Shown here: positions 31,697 through 41,465 of the stretch, piece after piece
Layout: each line of letters begins with the position of its first letter
Position numbering within the stretch: position 1 is the first letter of the stretch
DNA from: a virus
DNA length: 64,000 nt
Reading direction: 5' to 3' (one strand)
UHGV virus genome: UHGV-0057547
The notes under the pieces: model-generated
Told to the model about the DNA's origin: nothing
The model's database searches: none
Seen by the model: the letters and a program-made list of their open reading frames with translations, nothing else
Position numbers and translations under genes: made by a program

Positions 31697-32088
31697 ATAG
31701 AAATATGCAGTGGACACAGATTTAATTGCAGGTAATTCCTAAAGCCTTACACCAAAACGGAAGGTGAAAACCTAAACGGCAACGGTACGAAAGTAGAAAA
31801 AACGTAAGGATGGATATAAGGTTAAATCCTAAGTATCCAAACATATTTATATATGTTAAAATGGGTGTTCATGCAGGTAAGATTCTAAGTGATAATTTTA
31901 TATCATATGAATAAACTTCAACGACTAGAATGCAAATTCGTAGGGTGTAAGCGATTGACACTCGAAAAGGTCTGCCCTTAACAGGTAATGCTGAAGGTGA
32001 AGAAATAGTCTAGTCACTCTAGGAAACTAGGTGCTTAGAATTAACTAAGGTTTATAGTGTAGCGACTATAAGTAAATATTAACGTTTG
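31697..32088 (+). mobile_element. ORF-less group I intron (3' boundary 32088 or up to 32110)
   Basis: 5' half nearly identical to 30031-30285; contains caacGACTAg and ATAGTCTAg P7 strands; ends aacgtttg. Confidence 0.55.
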
Positions 32089-32110
32089 TTTTGCCTTTTG
32101 CGAAGCAGTG

Positions 32111-32259
32111 GAAATTAGCTAAAAATGATGTTTTAGGGGGAGAAGAAGGAATAGAAGATTATGAAGATGTAGATAAAATATACAATGAACAAAATAAGAA
32201 TAATACCGAAGTAGAAAATGAAGTAGAAGATGAAGTAGGTGAGGAAAACAATGACAAGT
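32111..32259 (+). CDS. Terminase small subunit-like protein, exon 3 (acidic C-terminus); start uncertain
   Basis: 53-codon open frame ending in a stop that overlaps the ATG of the next gene; boundary chosen by frame. Confidence 0.3.
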
Positions 32260-32401
32260 AGTCCAAAAGAAAATGTTGAAAAAGAAGAAATACTTTCCGA
32301 TGATGTCATGAAAAGTCCTCATAGAAAAAGAAGGAATTTATCCCAAAGAAAAAAAGATAGATTAAATGAAGGTATGAAAATATGGACTGCATTTTATAGG
32401 T
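32251..32401 (+). CDS. terL: Terminase large subunit, exon A
   Basis: ATG overlapping upstream stop; exon ends ttttatagg-t with P1 pairing to IGS gctta. Confidence 0.5.
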
Positions 32402-32747
32402 TAAATATTTAGCTTATTTTATTAGGTAACTAATAATCTAAACCCTTTGAATTGCTGGAAAGGACTTAGAGCCTATTGAACTACAACGTGACTAGAAATG
32501 GTGAGCGTGAATGTTTAAAAATCAATAGGATTGTTTAATCAGCAGGTAAGATTCTAAATTGCTATAAACAATATGAATAAACTTCAACGACTAGAGTTTA
32601 AACTCGTAGGCTACAAGTTATTGGTAGTCGAAGCGGAGGGCATCCTTTCATAGGATGAAGATATAGTCTGTTCTTATATGAAAATATAAGTAGTTCTTTA
32701 TTTAATAAAGAACAGTATGTATGTAGCGAATACATATGAACATTTAG
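32402..32747 (+). mobile_element. ORF-less group I intron
   Basis: Conserved 5' core (aattgctggaaagg...cagcaggtaagattctaa) directly joined to 3' core (aataaacttcaacgactag...gatatagtctg). Confidence 0.6.
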
Positions 32748-32863
32748 TAAACATCCATAGATTCGCACTGGATTTTTTGGGACTTAATTTATATCCGTTC
32801 CAAATTATATTGCTTTATATGATGAATATAATGTATAGCACTTGCCTAATATGTGCAAGGGGT
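32748..32863 (+). CDS. terL: Terminase large subunit, exon X (LxLxPFQ motif and start of P-loop ..CARG)
   Basis: Open in the phase set by exon A; ends ggggt before a P1/IGS gctcc and P2 hairpin. Confidence 0.5.
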
Positions 32864-34032
32864 AAATAGATATGCTCCATTATATAGAAATATATAATTA
32901 AAAATCAATCAAAATCGGTAAAAGTCTAAGTTTAATATTTACATTTTTTAGGAATATAAGTATAATATATAAAAGGGGTGAGATTAAATGGGTAAAATAA
33001 TAAATAAATATGATAGAATAGGTGAAACATCGATATCAAAAGAAGGATATGAAATGAAAATAATTGAATATATTGATGCAAGACATATTCTAATAGAATT
33101 TCAAGATGAACATAAAACTAGGTTAATGTGTCAATATGGTGACTTTAAATGTAGAAAAAATATTAAAAATCCATATCATCCAGCAGTATATAAAATAGGG
33201 TATTTGGGACAAGGTAAATATAATAAAAAAAATTATCAACGTATATATTGGACATGGAAAGATATGCTGAGAAGATGTTATAGTGAAGAGTACTTAAAAA
33301 GAGAACCTTCTTATAGAGGCTGTTGTGTTTGTGAAGAATGGCATAATTTCCAAAACTTTGCTAAATGGTATGAAGAAAATTATTATGAAGTTGAGAATCA
33401 AAGAATGCATTTAGATAAAGATATACTTGTAAAAATGAATAAAACATATAGTCCACAAACTTGTATATTTGTTCCACAAATAATTAATAGTTTATTTATA
33501 ACATCTAAGGCTATAAGAGGAGAATATCCTATTGGCGTTTCAAGAAAACAGAATAAATTAATTGTTCAAATTAATAAATATGATGAAAATATGAAAAAAT
33601 CAAAATATACAATGGTAAAAAAATTTGAAATAGAAGAAGTAAATGAAGCATTTTTTTGCTATAAAACAGAAAAAGAAAATGAAATAAAGAAAAGAGCCGA
33701 TTTATTTAAAGAATATATTCCAAAAAAATTGTATAATGCATTATATAAATATAAAATTGAAATAACAGATTAAATATGATAATACCGAGGTAAGATAGAA
33801 AATTAAAAAGTTCTATCCACTGTAGAGCATAGAGATTGAACCTTTGTAAGAACTATTATACAATAGTTCTTTTTTAATTGCAAAGAATAAAATATCTCCA
33901 AGAGTGATTGACACCTTACTATTAAGTTAAAGGTGAAAATATATGCCATACTGAGCTAGAATTGACTAGCTGATGAAAATGAGGGAAACCTCCAGAGGTT
34001 AAGATAAAAAACTTAACGTTAATAATGAATAG
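32864..34032 (+). mobile_element. Type-2 (T-family) intron carrying an HNH endonuclease ORF; 3' part is element T1
   Basis: P1 ggggt/gctcc, P2 attatatagaaatatataat, caaaatcggt block, internal promoter, ORF, then about 270-nt T1 element. Confidence 0.5.
32988..33773 (+). CDS. Intron-encoded HNH-family homing endonuclease (Bacillus-phage type: WTW-DML-RRC...CCVCEEW..F..F..W...LDKDIL motif)
   Basis: Diagnostic conserved motif set read directly; own promoter and RBS aaaagggg. Confidence 0.55.
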   Translation: MGKIINKYDRIGETSISKEGYEMKIIEYIDARHILIEFQDEHKTRLMCQYGDFKCRKNIKNPYHPAVYKIGYLGQGKYNKKNYQRIYWTWKDMLRRCYSEEYLKREPSYRGCCVCEEWHNFQNFAKWYEENYYEVENQRMHLDKDILVKMNKTYSPQTCIFVPQIINSLFITSKAIRGEYPIGVSRKQNKLIVQINKYDENMKKSKYTMVKKFEIEEVNEAFFCYKTEKENEIKKRADLFKEYIPKKLYNALYKYKIEITD

Positions 34033-34135
34033 TTATCGAAATCGTATATGACAGCAATATTCCTTTGTTGTAAAGCAATATTATATCCAAATAGTTTAAT
34101 TGTAGTTTCTTGTTCAACTAAGGAGCAAGCGAGAT
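34033..34135 (+). CDS. terL: Terminase large subunit, exon e34 (P-loop ..LSKSYMTAIF.. and LIVVSCSTKEQAR Q-motif)
   Basis: Joins exon X in phase to give ICARGLSKSY Walker A-like loop; ends gcgagat with IGS gtctc. Confidence 0.5.
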
Positions 34136-35567
34136 ATAATGTCTCCTATATTAAGTGATTAGTATAGCAAATCTTTTGAATTGCTGGAAACTCCTAAAGC
34201 TCAATTCACTACAACGTAAGGTTAAATCCTAAGCGTGAATGTTACGAAAGTAGAAAAAAGTAATTGAGATGGTATAAGGTTAAATCCTAAGTACTTTTAC
34301 AATGGACAATCAGCAGGTAAGATTTATATTTATTTTACTTTACTTTTAATAATTAATTTCGTATAATTTAAGTAAATGGAGGTGAAATATTATGGCATGG
34401 AAATATGAAGATGTGAAAAAGTATGTAGAATCATTTGGTTATAAATTAATATCAAAAGAATATAAGACTTGTAAAGATAAACTTCATTTAATGTGTCCTA
34501 ATGAAAGTGATTTTATTGTAAGATTTGATAATTTTAAAAATGCTAAACAACGTTGTAAATGTGATAAATGTAAAGGTAGAAATCCAAGAATGTTTTCTTA
34601 TGAATATGTAAAAGAATACATAGAAAAAGAAGGGTATAAATTAATATCAAAAGAATACAATGGAAATAAAAAACGTATAGAATTAGAATGCCCAAATGGT
34701 CATAAATGGAAAGTAAGATTTACTGATTTTAAAAATGGAAGAAGATGTTATTATTGTTCTTGTTGTTATAAACCTACCATTGGAGAAATTAGAATGAGAT
34801 TATCAAAATATGGTTATACATTGTTATCTGAAGAATATAAAAATGCAAATGAAAAAATTAATGTAAAATGCCCTAATGGTCATAAATATCCTACTACATA
34901 TCATAATTTTGATAATGGTAAAAGATGTCCATACTGTTATAATAAATATAGTAAAGGTGAGTATAGACTTATAAATTTATTTAATAATTATAAAATAAAC
35001 TATAAACATCAATATATTTTTAATGATTGTAGAGATATAAATCCTTTGCCATTTGATTTTTATTTATATGATTATAATTGTTGTGTAGAATTTGATGGAG
35101 AAGGGCATTATGAACCTAGAAATTGGAATGGAGCTTCAGATGAAAAAGCAATAGAAACATATAAAATAACGGTATTACATGATAAAATTAAAACACAATA
35201 TTGTAAGGATAATAGCGTAAAACTCATAAGAATACCATATTGGGAATTTAATAATATAGAAAACATTATTTGTCAAGAATTAAATATTAAAAGAAAACAA
35301 AGAAGAAAAGGTAATAAATTAAAATAAATATGAATAAACTTCAACGACTAAGTATCCTAGTAGTCTAGGTAGAGGAAGAGGTCTTATATTAATAAGATTG
35401 TGATATAGTCTGCTCTCATGCGAAAGCATGAGCAGTTCATAAAAGAACGGATAGAATAGTAACGATATTCTATTGAACATAAGGAATCTTATAAAGGAGA
35501 AGATAGCTAAAGAGCTATGTTCTCAATCGAAAATGTTAAATAGAGAAATTGCTAAAGTAGTCACTGG
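34136..35567 (+). mobile_element. Group I intron carrying a Zn-ribbon/DUF559 homing-endonuclease ORF (3' end approximate)
   Basis: P1 gagat/gtctc, P2 ctatattaagtgattagtatag; conserved 5' and 3' cores flanking the ORF. Confidence 0.55.
34392..35327 (+). CDS. Homing endonuclease, Zn-ribbon repeat modules plus DUF559/Vsr-like PD-(D/E)xK nuclease domain
   Basis: Three modules YEYVKEYIE..GYKLISKEY...CPNGH...F..FKNG.RC; C-terminal PLPFDFYL...VEFDGEGHYE...KLIRIPYWEF. Confidence 0.6.
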   Translation: MAWKYEDVKKYVESFGYKLISKEYKTCKDKLHLMCPNESDFIVRFDNFKNAKQRCKCDKCKGRNPRMFSYEYVKEYIEKEGYKLISKEYNGNKKRIELECPNGHKWKVRFTDFKNGRRCYYCSCCYKPTIGEIRMRLSKYGYTLLSEEYKNANEKINVKCPNGHKYPTTYHNFDNGKRCPYCYNKYSKGEYRLINLFNNYKINYKHQYIFNDCRDINPLPFDFYLYDYNCCVEFDGEGHYEPRNWNGASDEKAIETYKITVLHDKIKTQYCKDNSVKLIRIPYWEFNNIENIICQELNIKRKQRRKGNKLK

Positions 35568-35631
35568 TACTAATGAAACAGTGGTTATCTTTAACAATGG
35601 TAGTACCATTCAAGTTTAATGCTTTGCACAT
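35568..35631 (+). CDS. terL: Terminase large subunit, exon e35 (boundaries approximate)
   Basis: Only open frame; phases fit e34 (1-nt) and e38 (2-nt carry-over); P1 gcacat/gtgtgt. Confidence 0.35.
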
Positions 35632-35877
35632 TGAGTAATTAGTGTGTATAACCGATTGAATTGCTTGTAAATCCTAAAGCTAACTAAACTACAACGTAAC
35701 CTGAAAAGGTAAGCGTGAATGTAGCGAAAGCAGAAAAAATTAGTTAGATGGTATATGGTTAAATCCTAAGTACTTTTACAATGGAAGTCTAGCAGGGAAG
35801 ATTCTAAAATTATTTAAATTAAATATTTGACTTTTAATAATATAAGTTGTATAATATAAATAAATGGAGGTGATAAT

Positions 35878-36834
35878 ATGTCAAAAATAATGTGGGATGA
35901 AAAATCAATAAAAAAATTTGTTGAGCAATATAATCATGAATTCATTGAAATTATAGAATTTAATAACATAAGAAGTTTAATAAAAATTAAATGTAAAAAT
36001 AAAAAACACAAACCATTTGAAATAAAATTTACATCATTTAGACAAACTATGCTAAAAAATGGAAATTCTTGCAAAGAATGTAAAAAAGAAGCAAAAATGT
36101 TAAAAAGAGAAGATGTAGAAAACCTAATTAGAGAAAGAGGACTTATTTGGCTAGAGGGAGAGTATATAAGTAATGATACAAAAAATTTATTAGTATGGTG
36201 TGGAAATATTAATCATGAACCATTTTTAACAAGTCAAAATTATATATTATGTAATAATGGTAATAGTTGCAAAAAATGTGGTATAGAAAATAATGCAAAT
36301 AACAAAAGACTTTCATATGAGTATGTATATAACTATATAAAAAATGAGGGTGATGAACTATTATCAAAAACTTATGTAAACAATTCACAAAATTTAAAAA
36401 TTAAATGTGGTAAATGTAATAATGTATTTGAAACTTCATTTGGGCACTATCAAAATAAAGATAGAAGATGCTTATGTAAAGCTCAATCAAGAGGAGAATA
36501 TGAAATTAAACGAATATTTGATAAATATAATTTAATTGAAAATGTAGATTATGAATGTCAAAAAAAATACGAAGGATTAATTGGGGTTGGTGGTAGAAAA
36601 CTTTCTTATGATTTCTATATCAATAATACATTAATAGAATATCAAGGTTCTTATCATGATGGAACTGCTAGAAAACAAACAGATGAAGGATATGAGATAC
36701 AAAAGGAACATGATAAAAGAAAAAAAGATTATGCTAAAAATAATAACATTAATTTATTAGAGATATGGTATTGGGACTTTAATAATATAGAAAATATACT
36801 TATAGAAAATTTTAATTTAAATAATAATGAATAA
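35878..36834 (+). CDS. Homing endonuclease, Zn-ribbon repeats plus DUF559/Vsr-like domain
   Basis: Same modular architecture as 34392..35327; C-terminal LSYDFYI...IEYQGSYHD...NLLEIWYWDF. Confidence 0.55.
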   Translation: MSKIMWDEKSIKKFVEQYNHEFIEIIEFNNIRSLIKIKCKNKKHKPFEIKFTSFRQTMLKNGNSCKECKKEAKMLKREDVENLIRERGLIWLEGEYISNDTKNLLVWCGNINHEPFLTSQNYILCNNGNSCKKCGIENNANNKRLSYEYVYNYIKNEGDELLSKTYVNNSQNLKIKCGKCNNVFETSFGHYQNKDRRCLCKAQSRGEYEIKRIFDKYNLIENVDYECQKKYEGLIGVGGRKLSYDFYINNTLIEYQGSYHDGTARKQTDEGYEIQKEHDKRKKDYAKNNNINLLEIWYWDFNNIENILIENFNLNNNE

Positions 36835-37086
36835 CCTTCAACGAACAAGTATCCTAGTAGTCTAGGTAGTGGTCGGTATCCTTAGTAAAGGATAATGATA
36901 TGTTCTGCTCTCATGTGAAAGCATGAGCAGTTTATGTGATTAATTAAAATTCACAAATAAACGGTATAAGGTATAACGAACCTTATATGAACACAAATGC
37001 AGTAAACGCTTCTCAAAATACAAGAGGTAAATTTTTCATATCACTTTACATTTTTTAATAATTAGAGTATAATATAAACAAAGGGG

Positions 37087-37956
37087 GTGATTGAATTGAA
37101 ATGGACTAAGGATATGGAGCAATACTTAATTGATAATTATAATAAATTAACTATTGAAGAATTAGCTAAAAATATAGGAGTAACAAAATCCTCAATAATA
37201 AATAAAGCTTTTTCATTAAAAATAACAAATAATGTTAAAAATAAAGATAGAGGAAATATTAATATATTTAAAAATATAAATTCAGAAGAAAGTGCTTATT
37301 GGTTAGGATTTATATATGCTGATGGTTATATAGTTAAAAGTGAAAATGATAAAAAACATCATAATTATGAATTAGGTATAGAACTTCAAGAATCTGATAT
37401 TTCTCATTTGAAAAAATTTAATAAAATATTTAATGATTATTATAAAATAAAAACAAGAATCAGAAAAATGGATTCATTGGATATTTTAAATGGAAATGAA
37501 GTTTCAAATAGATTAAATAAAACTTGTTTGATAAGAATATATAATAAAGAAATAGTTAATGATTTAATAAAAAATAATATTGTTCAAAATAAAACTAATT
37601 CAGATATATTTCCTATTATAGATGATGACAATATGTTTTTACATTTTTTAAGAGGATATATTGATGGCGATGGTTCTTATGTTGTTGATAGTAAAAATAG
37701 ATACATAATATCAATTCAAGGTAATAATAAAAAATGTTTTGAATTTATATCTAATAAGTTATTAACAAGTTTTAATATTAATTCATATATAACAAAAGAT
37801 AAAACAGGTTGGAAATTAAATATAAGAAAAAAAGATGATGTTTTAAAATTAATAGATTTAATGTTTAATAATTCAAATATTTATTTAGATAGAAAATATG
37901 AGAAAGTAAAAGATATGAAAAAAGCCGTCTTTAATAGAAATATTAAAGATAATTAG
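37087..37956 (+). CDS. LAGLIDADG homing endonuclease (double-motif, single-chain)
   Basis: Two LAGLIDADG motifs: LGFIYADGYI and LRGYIDGDGS; GTG start after RBS aaaggggg. Confidence 0.7.
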   Translation: MIELKWTKDMEQYLIDNYNKLTIEELAKNIGVTKSSIINKAFSLKITNNVKNKDRGNINIFKNINSEESAYWLGFIYADGYIVKSENDKKHHNYELGIELQESDISHLKKFNKIFNDYYKIKTRIRKMDSLDILNGNEVSNRLNKTCLIRIYNKEIVNDLIKNNIVQNKTNSDIFPIIDDDNMFLHFLRGYIDGDGSYVVDSKNRYIISIQGNNKKCFEFISNKLLTSFNINSYITKDKTGWKLNIRKKDDVLKLIDLMFNNSNIYLDRKYEKVKDMKKAVFNRNIKDN

Positions 37957-38280
37957 AGAACAAAATCGGTCATAGTAAATCGTAAGATTAAGCTGATAAG
38001 AGAGCCTAAGTCCTTATAGGATATGGTAATACCGAGGTAAGATAGAAAATTAAAAAGTTCTATCCACCGTAACGCATAGAGATTGAACCTTTGTGAGAAC
38101 TATTATACAATAGTTCTTTTTTAATTACAAAGAATAAAATATCTCCAAGAGTGTTCTCCACCTTATCATTAAGTTGAAGGTGAAAATATATGCTGGACTG
38201 GGTATGAATTGACATACCATAATGCGAGGAAACTCCTAGAACTAGAGGATAAAAAGCCTTTAGGATAACAAAACGTTAAG

Positions 38281-38325
38281 ATGCCATGTACTCGTGGTTG
38301 ATGAGTATAGAATGATACAAGGAGT
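38281..38325 (+). CDS. terL: Terminase large subunit, exon e38 (Walker B ..CHVLVVDEYRMIQG)
   Basis: Open frame; ends ggagt paired to IGS gctcc of the next intron. Confidence 0.45.
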
Positions 38326-39865
38326 AATATATAGCTCCCTATGTTTATAAAAAGCATAGAAAAACTCTTTAATTGCTGGAAACTCCTAAAGTCCTATAAA
38401 CTACAACATGATTAGAAATAATGAGTGTGAATGTTACGAAAGTAGAAAAAATTATAGGAATGGTATATGGTTAAATCCTAAGTACTTTTACAATGGACAA
38501 TCAGCAGGTAAGATTTATATTTATTTTACTTTACTTTTAATAATTAATTTTGTATAATTTAAGTAAATGGAGGTGATAAAATGTTAAAATATAATAATGA
38601 TTATATTATCAATTATATAAATGAAAATTATAAAAATTTTAAAATAGTAAGTATAGATGGTAATGGAAAGGAAGCTATTGTAACTTTATGGTGTGGCGTT
38701 AGTGGTCATAAACATATACAATGCACATTTGCTAATCTTTTATATAAAGATAGTTTTCACTGTAGAGAATGTAAAAAAGATGATAAGATAAACGAAATAA
38801 AAAAGATTATAGGTGATGAATATCAAATAATCTCAATAGATTATATTAGTAATGATTGGATAAGAAGTAGAGCTATATTATGGTGTGGAATAGAAGGACA
38901 TGAATATATTGATGTATCTTTTAAATCAATAATAAATGGAAATATTATTGGATGTAAATTATGTAGAAAAAATAAACATATATTAAAAATAAAAGAAAAT
39001 GTAGAAAAAGTTAATAAAAAATTAATAGAAGTAAAAAAATATAATGAAAAAGATTATCACAAATCAAGAATAATAGTATCTTGTGGTAATGAAAAACATG
39101 AATTAATAGAGACTTCTTTAAATAAAATTATAAATTCAAACGTTAAATGTAAGGATTGCATAAAAGAAGATAATATTAATAAAATGATGCTATATATAAA
39201 TTCTACTCAATACAAATTTAATAAAATTGTAAAATATTGTGAATCAGATTATATAAAAAGTATGGTAGAAATAACATGTCCAAAAGATGAAACCCACATA
39301 TTTACAATGAGATTTTCTAATTTTAAATATGAAGGTAAAAGATGTCCTCATTGTGGTATGACTTATGGTGAACAAGAAGTTGCAAATGTATTAAAAAGAT
39401 ACAATATAAAATATAAATTTCAATATAAATATAAAGATTGTAGATTTATAAATCCTCTTCCTTTTGATTTTTATTTACCTGATTATAACATATTAATTGA
39501 ATACGATGGTAAACAACATTATGAATCAGTAGATTTATTTGGTGGAGAAAAAGGTTTTAAATATACAAAACAAAATGATGGAATAAAAAATCAATACTGT
39601 AAGAATAATAATATAAAATTAATAAGGATACCATATTGGTGTTTTAATAATATAGAAGAAATATTAATTAAAGAATTAAAAGTAAACATAAATAAATATG
39701 AATAAACTTCAACGACTAGAACGTAAGTTCGTAGGGTGTAAGTGATTGACACTCGAAATGGGAGTTACCTAATAATAGGTAGTGATATAGTCTAGTCTCA
39801 TATGAAAGTATGAGCAGTTCATAAGAGAACGTACATAACGTAGCGAATTATGTAGAATATAACGG
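38326..39865 (+). mobile_element. Group I intron carrying a Zn-ribbon/DUF559 homing-endonuclease ORF
   Basis: P1 ggagt/gctcc, P2 ctatgtttataaaaagcatag, conserved cores, P7 GACTA/TAGTC; ends ...gaatataacgg. Confidence 0.6.
38581..39705 (+). CDS. Homing endonuclease, Zn-ribbon repeats plus DUF559/Vsr-like domain
   Basis: Four Cys-pair modules; C-terminal PLPFDFYLPDYNILIEYDGKQHYE...NNIKLIRIPYWCF. Confidence 0.6.
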   Translation: MLKYNNDYIINYINENYKNFKIVSIDGNGKEAIVTLWCGVSGHKHIQCTFANLLYKDSFHCRECKKDDKINEIKKIIGDEYQIISIDYISNDWIRSRAILWCGIEGHEYIDVSFKSIINGNIIGCKLCRKNKHILKIKENVEKVNKKLIEVKKYNEKDYHKSRIIVSCGNEKHELIETSLNKIINSNVKCKDCIKEDNINKMMLYINSTQYKFNKIVKYCESDYIKSMVEITCPKDETHIFTMRFSNFKYEGKRCPHCGMTYGEQEVANVLKRYNIKYKFQYKYKDCRFINPLPFDFYLPDYNILIEYDGKQHYESVDLFGGEKGFKYTKQNDGIKNQYCKNNNIKLIRIPYWCFNNIEEILIKELKVNINKYE

Positions 39866-40021
39866 TTTTGATACATTAAACTCAGTATTAAGACCATTCT
39901 TAAACTGTGTTAGAATACCAAAATTTAAGAATAGAGATGATGGAAAATATGCAGATTATCCATCAGAGGAAAACCAAGAGATTTATTTGAGCAGTGCATT
40001 AAAACTAGTGCAAACTATGGT
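39866..40021 (+). CDS. terL: Terminase large subunit, exon e39
   Basis: 52-codon open frame in AT-rich DNA; phases consistent with both flanking exons. Confidence 0.45.
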
Positions 40022-40341
40022 GAAATGTAGATAGCTATAGTTGAGTATCAATCAAAATCGGTCATATGTATAGTGATATACATGGTAAGAAAGACTAAGT
40101 GTTAATTTAACATAAGTTGATACCGAGGTAAGTTAAGGAACTAAAAAGCCTTATCCACTGTAACGCATAGAGATTGAACCTTTGCAAGAACTATTATATA
40201 ATAGTTCTTTTTTAATTGCAAAGAATAAAATATCTCCAAGAGTGATTGACACACGCTACATTTATTGTGTGAAAATATATGCTGAACTTATAGGAAACTA
40301 TAAGAACTAAAGGATAAAAAGCCTTTAGGATAACAATTTGG
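40022..40341 (+). mobile_element. Standalone ORF-less T-family intron (element T3); 5' boundary 40022 or 40033
   Basis: P1 atggt/gctat, caaaatcggtcatatg block, about 300 nt, shares covarying hairpins with T1, T2 and T4; both boundary choices give a consistent terL frame. Confidence 0.45.
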
Positions 40342-41428
40342 GTTCGAGAATCATTGGAGTTATGACCTCTATTCTTCCCATGTTAAGAAAATGTTAGCAG
40401 GTGATGATTATTTTGTATGTAATTTACCTTATCAATTATCTGCTTATCATGGAATATTAACTAAAAAAAGAATACAAGATATTTTATCAGATGAGAATAT
40501 GTCGGAAATATCATTTATGATGGAATTTGAAGCATTATTTTATTCTGATAAAGATACTAGTTATTTTAAATCAAGTGACATATTACCTTGTAGAACATTG
40601 GAATATGCATGGTATCCTCCAACACCTGAGGAATATTATAGAAATAAAAATAAAGAGAAAAAGAGTTATCATTTGAAGAAATTAAATGATAAAGAACTTA
40701 GAATAATTAGTTGTGATATAGCCTTAATGAATAGTAAAAATGGACATGACAACGATAATGCCGTATTTACTTTTATAAGAAGTATTCCAAAGAATCAAAA
40801 TTATATATCACAAGTTTTATGGCAGGAAACCTATGATGGTTGTACAGCTAAACAATTAGCATTAAATATAAAAAGATTATATTTTGACACTCAAAGTGAT
40901 TATATAGTACTAGATACTGCCGGTAATGGGATATCTGTGTTAGATGAGTTAGGTGAATATACAACAGATGTAGAAAGAGGAATAGTTTATCCTCCATTGA
41001 AAGCAATGAATGATGAAAAATATGAAGAACGTTGTGGTTATTCTGAGGCACAAAAATCTATATTTTGTGTTAATGGTAACTCAAAGTTTAACCACGAAAT
41101 TGCAGTAACCCTTAAAACAGCATTTCAAAATAAAACCATTAGATTATTAAAAACACAATTTGAAGCAGATGACTTTATAGAAGGATATCATAAGATGTCT
41201 CCTAAAGAACAAGCTGACAAATTAATGCCTTATATTCAAACTTCTTTAATGCAAGATGAAATAACTCAATTGGAATATGAAATAAAAGATTCTTATATTA
41301 AACTTTATGAAACCACAGGTAAACGTAAGGATAGATATTCAAGTTTAGCTTATGGTAATTATTTTATAAGAGAAAGAGAAAAAAAATTAAAGAAAAAGAA
41401 AAAAGGTGGATTAGCTAATCTATGGTAG
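40342..41428 (+). CDS. terL: Terminase large subunit, final exon (C-terminal RNase H-like nuclease domain)
   Basis: RIISCDIALMNS..GHDNDNA, LDTAGNGIS and DRYSSLAYG catalytic-Asp regions typical of TerL nuclease domain. Confidence 0.65.
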
Positions 41429-41465
41429 TCTTATTAAAATATTGAGAAAGAAAGGGATGATATGA

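Larger units (their letters stand above)
35632..38280 (+). mobile_element. Composite intron region with two endonuclease ORFs (Zn-ribbon/DUF559 and LAGLIDADG) and terminal element T2; may be one intron or two tandem introns
   Basis: Type-1 5' and 3' cores around the first ORF, then promoter + LAGLIDADG ORF, then caaaatcggtcat block and T2; joining e35 to e38 restores terL frame and Walker B. Confidence 0.45.

Noticed and set aside
31222-31717. ORFs 31222..31422(-) and 31493..31717(-) and 32119..32322(-)
   Set aside because: They lie across intron cores and exon junctions on the antisense strand, with no RBS; spurious.
33780-34055. T elements as group II introns or MITEs
   Set aside because: Too short (~280 nt) for group II and no domain V motif. 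No terminal inverted repeats or target-site duplications. They sit exactly where exon phase requires an excised segment.
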